Assembly (NCBI RefSeq): GCF_006345805.1
Contig: NC_043000.1
Coordinates: 123,194,001-123,258,000, forward strand
Length of the DNA stretch: 64,000 nucleotides
From: Octopus sinensis
Lineage: Eukaryota
Reading direction: 5' to 3'
Positions 25,807-39,830 of this stretch are shown here, piece after piece; position 1 is the first letter of the stretch, and every line of letters begins with the position of its first letter. The position numbers and the translations under genes are program-made. A model generated the notes under the pieces. That model was not told where the DNA came from, searched no databases, and saw nothing but the letters and a program-made list of their open reading frames with translations.

Positions 25807-26559
25807 AAGAGCTTCCTGCAACTTCAAGTGTTTCAGAGTTTCATGGTGAAGCTAGCAAACTTACAGATGACAATACAATTCATGGTTATGCCAGTTTTAT
25901 TGGACTCATGCAACAGCTAGTTTTCAATAAAAAACACTATTTTGAAATGGCAAAGTCCGGCAAGGCAAAAAATATTGAAGTCACCGCACAGTTTGATGGG
26001 GGATCAAACATTGCTAGAGACCCAATCACATTTAAGCAAACATCTGCCTTTGCCGAACTAAGCACACTCAACATCCATTTATTGTTTGTCATTTCTTTTA
26101 AATTCAAAACCACGGAACCTGATGGCCTGTTGCTGTATAGTGGTGGAAAAGAAAAGGACTTTCTTGCACTAGAACTTGTAGATGGCTATATCTATTATGC
26201 ATATAATCTGGGCAATGGGCCCCAGGTGATAAAAGGAAACACTCCAGGTCCCTTAAATGACAACCAATGGCATTTGGTATCACTCTCCCGCCTTGAGAAA
26301 AATTCTCAGTTGTTTCGAGTTGACATCAATCCTACTGAGAGGATCCGCGTCCTCGATGGAAAAGCTATCCACTTTGATCTCGAGGGACCCCTCTATCTTG
26401 GAGGGGTAAAAAAGACAGTTTTTGCCGACTTACCAAAATCAATTCGTTCTAAACACGGATTCCAAGGATGCATGGCTTCAATTGACCTTAATGACATTTA
26501 TCCTAAAGTGTTAACAAATGCCACACATCTTCACGGTCCAGTAATTGCAGGCTGCAAAG
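25807..26559 (+). CDS. NRXN: alpha-neurexin exon: LNS4 end and LNS5 (EELP...EFH...FIGLMQQLVFN...DPITF...GFQGCMASIDLN...GCK)
   Basis: ttctAG acceptor and AAAG|GTAAGC donor; phase 1/1, 753 nt. This acceptor places EFH at the same distance from VD as in vertebrate neurexin. Alternative in-frame AGs exist downstream (see findings). Confidence 0.92.
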
Positions 26560-27093
26560 GTAAGCTCTTTTACTTTACTATATATCAGTGCTGTCATAAC
26601 ATAATATACTTTTTAAAATCTCAAAAATAAATCAAAACTGGTGTTCAAAAAATAATTTATATAATTTCACTTCGGCTGAGCTCTTACAATGAGATATAAA
26701 TCAACAAAACAAGTAATAAATAATTCATAGTATTGGTATGCTCTCCAATATTTCTGTTAACTTAGTGGTTTAAAAAAAAAACGTAATTAACAAAAAGAAT
26801 ATTTAATTTATTACATTTGATAGATGGTCATATATGAAAATAAAATATCTACACATTTTCTAAAATTTAATGAAAATAAATTTTGTTTATTTCTTACAAA
26901 TATGCAATTGCTACAGACCTATGAACAAAATACCATTGGTACTGACATTTCTCATCTTGTGACATCATCAATATGAAAATAATATTAGTTGAGGGCTGGA
27001 ATATATTTTCTACTAGGAAAATTATATTTAAAAATCATTCATGTATATAATGCAATTTTTATTAACTGTTAGTCCATATGTGTTATGCAGGTG

Positions 27094-27124
<31 letters not shown>

Positions 27125-28479
27125 TTTCTCAAGATTTAAACTAGACTTGATAAGACACAAATGAAAATTAAGAATGAGAGTAAGTCTTTATATTCTTTGA
27201 AGCTAGTTATTTATCTGGTTACACCAAACTGATATGAAATGATTGCTTCCCCTTCTCTCAGTGTCATGTCACGTACAAATAAGGGAGATAATTTAAAACT
27301 ATTAGTAACTTCCCTTACATAACAGTTGTATTCTAGCATTCCAATCTAAGGTCACTTACTCTTATGTTTTGTTTCAGTAGAAAATGCTTTAGGCCCGATG
27401 ATTTTTTTTTTTTTTCAAATGAGACTCCATGGTATTAGTATTTTCTATTTATTTTATTTGTAATAAAATTATTTGTATAATCATTTTTACATAGGAATAA
27501 AATTAACTTTACCAGCCAATACTGGGAAATACTAATCATTTTTAAAATAATGACAAGTAAGTTAATAGTATTTTGTGTGTGTATATATACACACACAAAC
27601 ACACACACACACATTTACATAGCCTGTAAGTAAACATTCTATTTATCCTATCTATCTCAGTGAGGACAATAGCAAAGGGCATGATTACTTTTATTTCATC
27701 CATCAAGTGTTGATAAAATAATTACTGATAAACATGCTGAAATATTTGGCCAAATGCCTTAAAACTAAAAGTAATGACCCTCGTTATATATGAGGAGCAG
27801 CTAACACAAGGATTATTTCATTCTAACAACTTTCCATTAATATATAACCTTTGCTGATATTTAACCACTAATAGGTTATTTTCTCTTTCTCTTCATCTCA
27901 CCTTAAACTGATTATTTCCTAACAGATAATAAACTGAAGAAGTGGGCAGTTTTTTTAATTGATTAATCTGTGATGTTACTAATAAAAATCAACTTTTCTT
28001 TTATTTCCAAATATTATCAGTCTACCTAATTAAATTAAAACTCACCTGTTATTAACAAAAAGTGATGGTTCTTGCTGAATTAATACAATGTATAATATAA
28101 ACTTTTACAGTTTTTTTAAAACTAATATATCTTTCAAATTTCAGAATAATTAACATAATTAATGATGAATTAACTTTTTGTGTATATATCCCAAATTATT
28201 TGCTATAAAAACTTTTCAAAAAAAAAGAAAGAAAGAATTGTAGTGAAAATAATAATATTGTTATGAATTTGAATTTTTGCATTTTATGTTTCTTGCAGTT
28301 ATATAGTTCACTTTTACTTTATATCATAACTCTAAAATTTAGTTGACTATCAATGTGCATATTGTAGTTAACCTTATAGTTAGTATTTAATAACTTCTCA
28401 GTCATGATAATAGTTGCAAATTTATTATTTACATATATTTACATTCAAATTGTCCTTCACATTAAATATGTTCATATCT

Positions 28480-28487
28480 GTGCATAA

Positions 28488-28527
<40 letters not shown>

Positions 28528-28810
28528 ATATATATATATATATATATATATATAGATATACATACATACCTATCCCAACACAAGCAATATGTATGTATGT
28601 ACATGCACATACACATATATATATATATATATTAGTGTGTTTGTGTGTGTGTGTGTGTGCATGTGTGTAGTATATGTGTATTATTCTGTTTTATGTGTAT
28701 ATATATATGCATGTGTGTGTACATGGGTACATACATGCATGCATACATACATACATACATACATACATACATACATACATACATACATACATACATACAT
28801 ACATGTCTGT
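28480..28810. repeat. (TA)n/(TG)n/(TACA)n microsatellite
   Basis: Directly visible. Confidence 0.95.
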
Positions 28811-28993
28811 TTTCAAATAAAATTCTTTTTTTACTTCATATGCAGATTTATAAATAGATAATTGGAAGAAATGCCTCCCTAATAAAAGATTTTTCTAGCA
28901 CCAACTATTTAGATATCAAATCTAGCTTCTTAGCCATTCTCTTTTATCATATATTATATTAAAATACCAATGTTATTATATTTTGTGTGTGTT

Positions 28994-29028
<35 letters not shown>

Positions 29029-30304
29029 GGAGTGTGCATGTGTGTGTGCATGTGATACAATGTGTAATTATTTGTAATATACTATAGACATTTAAAATAA
29101 TGACAATTTCTTCAAAATGTTATATATTTGTTTTTTCATACTGACATCAAGATAAGATAAATTGCAAATGTATTTATAAGAAATAGGAATACTTCACTTT
29201 TTTAACATTCTTCAGTTTCAAAAATAAAAATTGAGCTTATGCCTTGTATCTGGGAATGCATGAGAAGTGTTGTACTTGCTTAAGTTGTAAATTGAGTTAA
29301 GATATTTGCCAGAGAAGAATTCTTGAAAGATTTAATTTTATAAAACTTAGAGGAGGCTATATAAATGAGAAACTTGATAAATAAAGGTGAAATAGAATGA
29401 ATAAGACTGCTTTATTGATAGTATTTCACTTTTTTAGGTGATGGGAGTGTTAAATTTTCTTAAAGTAAGTCAGGGACTGCAGATTACTCAAGTTAAAATT
29501 TATCAATCAATGACTTTTTCTCAACTAGCAGTTACAAATTTTCTACACAATGAATTTAACTCCATTCCAGTCCTTTACATTTCGTAAAGGCAAAGACAGA
29601 GAAAAACCTTAAAATTTGTTTAGAGAGATTTATTCTTCATGTAAGTATGTGGATGAAATTATCATATAATATTTAAAATCTTTTTGAATGAACTAAAAGG
29701 TATCATTTATATATGGGTCTCTAATCTTAATTTCATATCAATTCTAATTACAAAAAACAAGCATTGGTAGGCAATCCAAATAGTACAACAAAAGTATCCA
29801 TTGCATAAATTTAATTATTATTTAGTATTGAGTACTTCCCCCCACCACTATCTATCATAAATAGCACCAACATGCACATAAACACTAAGGTTGCCCATAG
29901 GAAGTTGACAAGTTCTAAGTATTTAGTAAATTACCTGCAATAAACCATAATTGAATAAAATGTATTAAATAATAAAATATATCTACAATTATTTATGTAA
30001 CTATATACAATTCAATACATGGACAGTTAAATTTATAATATACATTTCTACTCAGTATTCAGCTAGCTAAACAGCTAGTCAATATTTTAATGAAATACAG
30101 AGAAAGTATTATAATAGATAATTGTCATTGACGAGCATGTTAGAGAAATGAAAAAACAGAAGGAATGAGAGACACGACCAGTTATATTTGTAGATTAATG
30201 TCATATTTCTAGTCTAAAACATTGCCATGTAAAAGGATTTGAAATTTTTTCTGGCTATCTAAAATGTGAAGTTATGCATTTTTAATTTATTCAAATAGGA
30301 ATAA

Positions 30305-30312
30305 TAACTTAT

Positions 30313-30375
<63 letters not shown>

Positions 30376-30752
30376 CATTAGTGTACATTTAAACACAAAG
30401 AGGTGAGCCTTAACAGGTTGCCATACATACTAGAAAGAATAGTAAAAAAGTCTAAACCTCAGTTAAGAGTAATTTTGAAGGGAATGAAAAATAAAAACAT
30501 TACACACACAGACATACTCAAGCATAAATTTATATACGCATATATGAATTCATATATACATGCATACAAACATACATACATACATGCATGCATGCATGCA
30601 TACATACATACATACATACATACATACATACATACATACATACATACATACATACATACATACATACATACATACATACATACATGCATGCATGCATGCA
30701 TGCATGCATACATGCATGCATGCATGCATACATAAATACATACATACATACA

Positions 30753-30783
<31 letters not shown>

Positions 30784-30785
30784 TA
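30305..30785. repeat. (TA)n and (TACA)n/(TGCA)n microsatellite
   Basis: Directly visible. Confidence 0.95.
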
Positions 30786-31465
30786 TTATACTGTTTGAAT
30801 ATCATAAAAGCATAGATTTAAATCCTTGAAAGCCAAAAATATATTTGAAATAGGAAACGTATCTTTTACAAAATAAAATATATCATAAAGTAGCTCACAT
30901 GTTTCTACCTAATTTTTTGTGGTTAATAGACTTTACTTACTCCTCTTGAAGATATTACATTATTTAAACAATCCAGTTTACCTTTATAGAAAATAGTTAT
31001 GACTTCCCAATTTACAGGTATTAAAAAGAGTGTCTAATCAAAAATAAAAAGCAATTGTTCAAACATAAAATTTTTCTTGAAGAGAATACTGAAGTCAAAC
31101 AGAAGATAATTTTTAAAATCAGTTGTTAAAAATACCTTATAGGCCATGAAAATTAGAAAAAGTTAATATCAAATTTATTTCAATTAAAAATGTATAGAAA
31201 CTGCAGGAATGCAGAAAGTAAACTTTACATTGAAACTTTTCAGTTCTTTGTCACCTAAAGTTTATCTAGAATTTTCCCAACCTACATAAAATATCATCAT
31301 ATATTATAATTTATTCTTCAGATACATACATTTGAACATCAATGCATACATATATACATATGTGTGTGCATATATATATATATACATATACAATGTACAC
31401 ATGCATATATATTTGTATATAAATATGCTTATATATATGTATAGCATATATATATATATATGAAC

Positions 31466-31556
<91 letters not shown>

Positions 31557-32023
31557 TATATACATACATAGATATATTCATATATTTAAATAAAAATGAT
31601 CTTGAATTAAAGTTAATTTGATTATATTTAACATCATTTTTAAGTAAAATTTGAAATTTGTTATATAAATATTGTTTAGATCAGCCTTGAGCTTGTTGAA
31701 TTGTGGCTGTATGATGTCTATGGTAATGTCAAATTTTTTAACAAATTTCATGTAGAAATGGAAGGATCTTAAACCCAATTTTATTTATTGCATTATTATG
31801 TTATTTTCATTCAATACGTTTTTTTTGACAGTACCAGCTTTAGACAGATTAAATTTTCAATGATTTATATAATGAAATACATTTACATGATTTCTTATTA
31901 ATTTTATATCAATTTATACAAAACTCTTCAATTATTCCAAGTCAGTTTATTTTGTTGCTAACATAACTCTATATTTCAGCATTTTCTTTCAATTTGTAAT
32001 ACTGTATAGCTATGACTATTTAC

Positions 32024-32147
32024 CACCACCACCACCACCACCACTACTCTACCACTACTACTGTTACTACTACTATTACTACTACCACCACCTCTACCTC
32101 AACAACAACTACAACTACTACTACTATTACTACTACTACTACTACTA

Positions 32148-32195
<48 letters not shown>

Positions 32196-32200
32196 TCAGC
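32024..32200. repeat. (ACC)n/(ACT)n trinucleotide repeat
   Basis: Directly visible. Confidence 0.95.
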
Positions 32201-35200
32201 ACTAACCCTATTACTGTTATATTTTTGCATTTATATTCTCTTTACAGAAAAGATTCTAAAGTAAAAATTATAAATAAAATGCCATAATTACATCAATTTA
32301 TCACAGCAAAGCAGCTAAATCTTAACTAAATTTATGCATTGGAAGAAAAAGGGAAATAAACAGTGAATAGATATAGAAAGAAGGAAACTTAATAAATATA
32401 TATAATCATTAATTAAGGGAGTGCTGTACTGAATACTGTATGCAAAACAATTCTTAATTAATTGAAATTTGCTGCTTCATATAAGACAGAAAACAAAAAC
32501 CTAGAGGCAATTCTCAGTGACTCTTAAAGGAAAGCATAGAAAATTTCAAGAAATTTCAAATTGATTAATCAGAGTTAATTTCTATGCTCAGGGAAAGGAA
32601 GGTCTGAAATTTGCAGGCAAGGAGAGGAAGAAATGTCTAATCTTATTTTGCAGGCATGGAACTTGCATGAAAACAAAATTAGTATTTCTTTCCCCAAGTA
32701 TGTAAAGTAACTTTGAGGTATTAATTTTTAATTTATTGAAATTATCTTGTTTTATGTTGCTACAATTGAGCCTAGATTTTTATTGAGGGAAATTTCAATT
32801 AATTAAGAATTTTTCTGTGCATCATTCAACACATCACCCCTTAACTTTTTCATCCAAATTTATGCCATTGGCCCATTTGAGTTATTTTTCATAGCTCATG
32901 TTATTTTTTAATTGTATAATAATTCAGAGTTTGCTTTATTAACATCTTAATATCTTATATCAATGAGTTTGTAAGAAATCCACATTCTATGAAAAAACAT
33001 TTTATATATTATATAAGCATATTAAAAGATAAAATTGTTTCTTTCTAAAAGTATGATTTCATTTCAGTAACATTTTCTGTACATTTTCTTTTGAATTTGA
33101 TTAATTCATTATTAATTTTATTCCCTAAAGTTTTCTTTGATACTTTTGAAAATCTTTCTTTTAGCTACATTTTGGTCTTACAACCTATTTCATCTAACTT
33201 TATTACATGCATGTGTAAATATTATAGAAAATCTTCTAATGTATTTTGGTAAGAGTTTTAAACAGCCAAAGCAAATTCTTTTGAGTCCTTTGATAAACCT
33301 TCAAATAGGAATATCTCCAGCAAAGTCATTCAAACTGCACTACTATAAGATGAAATATATAAAAGACATTAAAAATTTGATATAAACACATATTCTTGCA
33401 TATAAGTATGTGTACAGTATACATCATGCATTGCAGATGATTCATGAATATAAAAGGTTTGAATGTTAAATAATCTAACATAAAATTCTAGAGTTATATA
33501 TACATACAAATGTAGATAATTTCTTAAAATATTAGAAAGAATATTGATTGACATGGTCTTCAAAAGATTACTACATAATTACACATAGTGAATTGCTTTC
33601 TGTGAAAGCATTCAGATAAGCATAAATGCAAACACATAGACATATAAGTTTTATCACACTGTAGCTTATTTTTATCCTAGAAATTTATTATAACAAACTC
33701 AATGCATAGGCCTAAAAAATATTTATTATATAAATCCAATTATAATGTTTTGTTTATTATAAGTTGGAATATTTGATAGAATTAACTTTCCTCCTAACTT
33801 ATCTGCAAATCATTTTAAACCAATTCCTTTCCTCAAGATAAGTGCTAAATTTTACAGTTTATCCCCTCTATTTTTGTGGGAAATAATATGAACTTAATAT
33901 TTCCTTGGACTGAAGGTGAATCAGACTCTACAATCTGCTAAACATTCATTCTTCTCTGCTGTAGGAATCGGGCAAAAGATCTCTTCTGAGCTAGCCTGGT
34001 CTTGAGAGATGAAATTTCACAAATGATTCCAATGGGCATATATTCTTATATTGCTATCAAATATCAAGTGTATTACTTTTAATTGTTACAAAAGCAAAAT
34101 TTTGGAAATGAACAAATTTATCTACAGATTAACACTAAAAATGACACCATTTATTATATACATATATTCATAATATTAGACTGTGTTGCAATGATCCAAA
34201 AACAATCACTTTAGAGAATGATAATATTTTTACTTTAGCTTAAGATTAGCATCCTTTATAAATTTACAAGTAAAATCTTTTTATCTATTTTTTAATGCTT
34301 TCAAAGCAGAAGCATTTTGCCTTTTTCATTTCAAGTACATCTAAATCCATGTTTGCAACAATTAACAACCACTTAAATTCATACATAGATACCTATCATT
34401 GTTTCATTATTCCAAATAGTTTATCTGTCAATAAATATGTAGTACAAAATGTACCATATGGAGACTTTAAAAAAATGGAAAATACATACAAGTTCATCAT
34501 ATCATTTCCCTGCTTCTACAATTGATATCACATTCATTTGTTCATTCTTGAATGTCTTCTTTACCTATCCATTTAGACAAGCCCTTATTATCCAGTACAT
34601 GCATACACGCACATTATTTCCCCACTAATACAAGACACTGGCATTAATTTATTTAAAGTTATGATAGGCTAAAGTTTAGGGTTCTGTTCTCTCAGCTAAC
34701 AGGTCAAGTACTAATACCCCATGGCTATCATCTGACTGTTCTCCTATGACAGACATCTGTTCCAGTTTCTGTCTCTCATGTAGAATTTAGGCTCTATGCA
34801 ATGAACAGCTTACTAATATGACATTGATCACTGTTTAATTGATATGTGATTCCTTAGTTTACAGTTCTGAGTTTCAATCTTATTCTGGCTAGCTTTGCCA
34901 TAACTTTACTCAAAGTTATGGCTTGTAGATCTACGCAGAGTTTCAAACTTGAAATTATGTTATATGATGTTGAATTGCTTCTGTAAAAAATAATCTGGAT
35001 GTTACTGTCCATGCCCACCCCACACTATATTAAAACCACATTGTGCACAGGTGAATGCTTGATAGTTAGTCACACCTGATGCCCAATGGCAGTCAATATA
35101 CATACACAAATAAATTCATATACATAAACTTACATAATAACCAAGTTTTTTTTTCCAAAATTCTAATAACATTCCATGAATTTTAATAAGTCATATTTGC

Positions 35201-35209
35201 TGTTGTTAG

Positions 35210-35227
35210 CTTGGACTTTGGTTAAAG
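35210..35227 (+). other. candidate 18-nt microexon (AWTLVK) at the SS6-equivalent position
   Basis: tttgctgttgttAG|CTTGGACTTTGGTTAAAG|GTGAGT; phase 1/1 and open in frame; only 19 nt upstream of the EGF3 acceptor. No transcript evidence. Confidence 0.3.
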
Positions 35228-35246
35228 GTGAGTGTTTGTGTTGTAG

Positions 35247-35366
35247 GTCCTAATCGGGAATGTCACCCCGAGGCCTGTTTGAACCAAGGCGAGTGTATGC
35301 AACAGTGGAACTCTTACATCTGTAACTGTGATTTAACATCCTATTCGGGCCACAGCTGTAGTGAAG
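35247..35366 (+). CDS. NRXN: alpha-neurexin exon: EGF3 (GPNRECHPEACLNQGECMQQWNSYICNCDLTSYSGHSCSE)
   Basis: Not in the ORF track; read by hand. ttgtAG acceptor and GAAG|GTGATT donor; 120 nt, phase 1/1. Six-Cys EGF matching vertebrate [21 protein letters not shown]...C.C..TSFSG..C. Confidence 0.93.
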
Positions 35367-36904
35367 GTGATTACTCCTACTGTAGCTAATTATTAATGCT
35401 ACTACTACTGCTACTCCTGTCTTCACTATTTACTTTTAGTATCACTGTTAGCACTTCTGTTATACTTCTGTTATCACATCTCTCATGTTTTCACTGTAAA
35501 ATCTTCTCAACATTCTTTTATTTCTCTAATTACTACTTCTTCTGCTGCTGCTACTACTCCTCCTATTGCTATATGAATCAAATGAAAACGTCTTAACCTT
35601 TAAAAAAAATTATAAAAATAGATACTTTCATGATAGACAAAATTTTTTTTTTTCATATAATCATTTCTAAATTTACTTTTATGAAGGGATCTACATAGGG
35701 ACTTATGTAGCATTCTTCATTAAAACAATAACTCATTTTAATACAATCGTACCCTTATTCAAACATGATGCTTACTTTGATGATCATATGAAAATAGTGC
35801 TATTTTTGCTTTGATAGAAATGATAATCATGGTTATGTTATGTTTATGTTAATGATCTTGCAATTATTATTGAAACTTTAAAAAAATTTGTTTATGCAAT
35901 CTTATAGAATACCTGAAATTAAATCCATATCTTTGGCTAAAATGTTAATCATGATTTGTTGCTCAATATAGTTTCATGACTCCAAATTTTACAAATTTTA
36001 AAAGTACTATTTTGAAAAGATTAATTTCATAGATTACCACAATCAATATTACAAAATCTACTTCCACAACATCATCATCATATTATCATCAACTCCATTG
36101 TCCTCTTATCTACAAATTGCTTGCATTTTCTCAATGAAGATAAGTTAATTTACAAAATTGAATTCTGGTAATGTCACTTTTACCATCTGAGCCTCATGTA
36201 TGTTGTGCTTTGTTTAGTGCTATAATTGGCAACAGCATTTTGGAAAGATGTTCCTGGTACACAGCTGATTCATTTATCTTATATTTTCTCAATAAACATT
36301 GCATAAAAAAAGCCAATTTGTCACAATTTCAAGATATGCTTTATAATAAAACAAACATTATATTGCTCAAGATTTTAGGCAATATTTTGCCCTCATTGTA
36401 AATAAGTTTTAGATACTTTAAATGGGTTTTTAAAACTTACTGAATGATAGAAATATAATGATGTGCAACTGAAAACTAATAAACATTTAACTGTGTTTAA
36501 CATTTTAAACTCAGTGAAATAATACTATTAAAATGCTTTTGAGAAATTAGCAGTATTTAAAAGTTGCTTGTGTTTCTATTACTTATCTTACCTGTTTGTG
36601 AATTTTGAAAGAAGATATACACTTTAAAATAAGATTAATGCACATTAGGAAAATTATGTATGAGTTGTTAAGACAATCAAAGTTAAACATCAAGTATTTG
36701 TATTTCTAAGTGATGGAATCAGTAACACTCATTAAGGGTGATTGTTTTTATTGAGTTCAAGGAAGAAAACTTTAAAGCTGTAATATCTATATTTTGTGCA
36801 ATGTAAATGACTACCACTGATAATTAAAGTAATGTGGTATACTCAGCCTATCCAGAGGTTTTCTCTATTTTATGCCACTTGTGAAGGTGCTTTACTATCA
36901 TTCT

Positions 36905-37330
36905 TTTGTTCTTTTACTTGTTTCAGTCATGTGACTGTGGCCATGCTGGAGCACCACCATTTTAGTTGAAGAAACTGACCCCAGGACTTTTTTAAAGCCT
37001 GGTACTTATTCTATTGGTCACTTTTGCTGAACAGCTAAGTTATGGGGACATAATCACAACAACACCAGTTGTCAAGTGGTGATAGGGGGACAGACACAGG
37101 CACAAAGACACACACACATAGATATACATACATACATATATCTATCTATATATATATATATATGACGGGGCTTCTTTTTAGTTTCTATCAATCAAATCCA
37201 CTCACAAGGCTTTGGTTAGCCCAAAGCTCTAGTAAAAGACACTTGCCCAAGGTGACATGCAGTGGGACTGAAGCCAGAACCATGTGGTTGGGAAGCAAGC
37301 TTCTAACCACATAGTCACGCCTGTACCTAT
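36905..37330 (-). mobile_element. near full-length tRNA-derived SINE with internal microsatellite
   Basis: Minus-strand head ggcgtgactatgtggttagaag...ggttctggcttcagtccc...caccttgggcaagtgtctt; tail ggtgctccagcatggccacagtc...tgaaacaagtaaaaga. Confidence 0.82.
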
Positions 37331-38289
37331 ATCACTATAAAAATATTTTAAAACTTCGGTACAAGTGTAATGTCATTAGTGTAAGCAAGGCATCTTAGAT
37401 CATTTGCAAAGATAAACTGAAGTAAAAATATTTATTGCTCCTATTACATGTTGAAGTAGTTTAAAATGTAAAAACACTTTTCATTATATTAGCAAAATCT
37501 TTTGACCAATGTTTAACATGGAAATCTTAGGTTAAGCTACCTGCTATGAGTTCTAACATCTTTCATCTCATTGATCAGAAATTTTCTGACAGTTCCATTA
37601 CAGAATGCACTGACATGCTCTCTCACATTGCTTGAAATTCATCATTTCTTTAACACTCTTCTGTTAGATGTAATTTGTTATTTCTAAACTTACCCTACAA
37701 TTTAGATGATCTTATCAATTGCTCCACTTATACCTGCATACCGACATCATCCTTTTCATAGTCTATCTGATGTACACATATGAAGGAAACAGCATTGTGT
37801 TACACATTCTTTTTATATAAATGATATACATCTAATGGTATAAATGCTCGTTTTTTAAAACCTCTGAAGGATCATTGTGATCTCACAAATATAACATTGC
37901 CAGACCAAAACTAATGCTTCCTCTCAGTGTTGAGAAATACTTCAGCCTTGTAAATTCTCTAATTGGAGTTCTGCTCACATATTTGGGACAGTTTAACACT
38001 CAAACATCATGGACTGAATACAAAAATCAGCTGTGATTGGTAAATATTTGATCATCAGCAGTCTACAATCTCTAGCTTATGTATCACCTCTCTCCAATTT
38101 CTCTCTCTTTTAACATCTTTATGATAGTTTCTGCACCTTTGAACCAACTAACTGCAAACTCTTTCACCCATCTTCATTCAACATCCATTTTTCATCCCAC
38201 TTCATTTTCCCTCCCAAATGTCATACTAAACACATATATGCATGTATATTCCATGGTAGCATTGCTTAGATAGGAGTTAATTGAAGCAG

Positions 38290-38495
38290 GACTTTTAAAG
38301 CTGGATGCTTTTCCTGTCACCAACTTTCAAAACCATAGAGCTACCTCACAATTTGTTTTCTCTGTTTCCATCAACAAGGTTTTCCCAGGGTTTAAGCAGA
38401 AGACATCTGCCCAAGGTACCAAACAGTAGAACTGAACTTCAAACCACATGGCAGGGAAGTGGTCTTCTTAACCACACAGACATTCCTGCACCTTC
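38290..38495 (-). mobile_element. diverged tRNA-derived SINE head
   Basis: agacatctgcccaaggt...gaactgaact...accacatgg...cttaaccacacag-c matches the family above. Confidence 0.65.
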
Positions 38496-39369
38496 CATGG
38501 GCATTAAACCAAATATACATCTATGAGTGTGTATGTGTATATATATATATATAATATATATATATATATAGATAGATATAGATATAGATATATTTATGTC
38601 AAGTTATAACAACAAAAAATTTACTTTAAGCTGAAGGATTACTCTGTACTTTTTGTAAATTACATATTTATTATACTTTTACAAGAAGAGTGGTGAGAGT
38701 AACTTCGAAGTCACAAATCTGCTTGTAAAAGTATACTTTGTGTGTGCGTGAATACATAATCTGTAAGCAGTTAAAGAAATTAATGTTAATACTGATTAAT
38801 TGTTCAGAAATATAGGAGCTAGTTATCTATATTGAAATCAAGTTATCAAATCAAATATTATTGAATTATCATTTTTCAGTCTTTATTCCAATAAGAGAAT
38901 TAACTGTCTAACTTTAAAAACCGGTATAACAATATCTTCTACCATGTTAATTTAATCCCTGTTTTGTAGACTATATTGAAAAAAAATATTAGTAGAAACG
39001 AAGAGACACACCCATTTTCATCCTTATTCTTATTGTCATCATCTTCATTATAATCATTACAAGTATCATTATGATAATCAACATTATCATCTCCACTGTT
39101 TCCATTACTATCATATTATATCTAATGTTTCTATGCTTTGCTCCACTAGCATTAAACATGAATTTGATCAGATGCGTTATTTCAGATTGTATCATTGATA
39201 TTGTTTAGCCTCTTATCTTCCCCTAGATCAGCACTGATTGAGGGAGACCCGTGAGCAAAAGCATTCCTAGCTTGGCTACCTTCTCCATTTCTCTTTTTTT
39301 TTCTTGAGACATAGAGTATCCAGAATAACATTTTCTGATTTCTCTTTTTAACACAGTAAATTCTATGTA

Positions 39370-39830
39370 GTTACTACTGTAGCAAGTAAAGCTACTTCAT
39401 AGAAGTCCCCAGATCAGCTCAATTCCAGTTAAGGTAATAATTCTTTCTAATTTTGGCACAAGACCAGCAATTTTGAGGAGAGAGGGCAAGTATGCTACAT
39501 TGATCCCAGTACTTGATCCAGAAAGGATGGACAGCAAAGTTGACCTTGGTGGAACATAATGAGTCAGAAGAAATACTGCTAAGCATTTTGTCTGGTACAG
39601 TAATGATTCTGCCAGCTTGCCACATTTAGTTTCAAATTTTGGCACAATGCCAGTAATTTTAGGAGAGTTACATTGACCTCAGTGCACAACTGGCTTATTT
39701 TATAGATCACAAAAGATGAAAGGCAAAATTGACCTTTGTGGGATTTGATCTCAGAACAAAGATCCAGAAGAAATGCTGTTGAGCATTTTGGCAGATGCTC
39801 TAACAATTTTGCCAGCTCAATGTCTTCCAC
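39370..39830 (+). repeat. tandem decayed SINE-tail-like units
   Basis: Recurring aaagttgacct...g(g)aatttga...cagaa...aaatactgctaagcatttt...gccagct units; a related unit lies at ~25450-25620. Confidence 0.55.

Noticed and set aside
29438-29464. 27-nt AG...GTAAGT segment, the same length as vertebrate SS6
   Set aside because: In the required phase it reads GDGSVKFS-stop; it could only be a poison exon, and such matches are expected by chance.
32248-32260. Strong-looking acceptor (tctctttacAG) followed by GTAAAA after 13 nt
   Set aside because: Frameshifting length and weak donor.
32012-32287. Poly-Thr ORF resembling the O-glycosylated neurexin stalk
   Set aside because: It is an (ACT)n repeat lying between LNS5 and EGF3 rather than after LNS6, with no suitable in-frame splice pair.
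35367-35389. Read-through of the weak EGF3 donor giving GDYSYCS-stop (secreted ectodomain)
   Set aside because: Most introns give a nearby stop, and no convincing polyadenylation signal was seen.
37500-38250. Possible very old RT fragment (ADDQ-like) on the minus strand; similar decayed blocks near 21.4, 22.3, 40.8, 44.8-45.8 and 50.1-50.5 kb
   Set aside because: Too degenerate to assign without a profile search.
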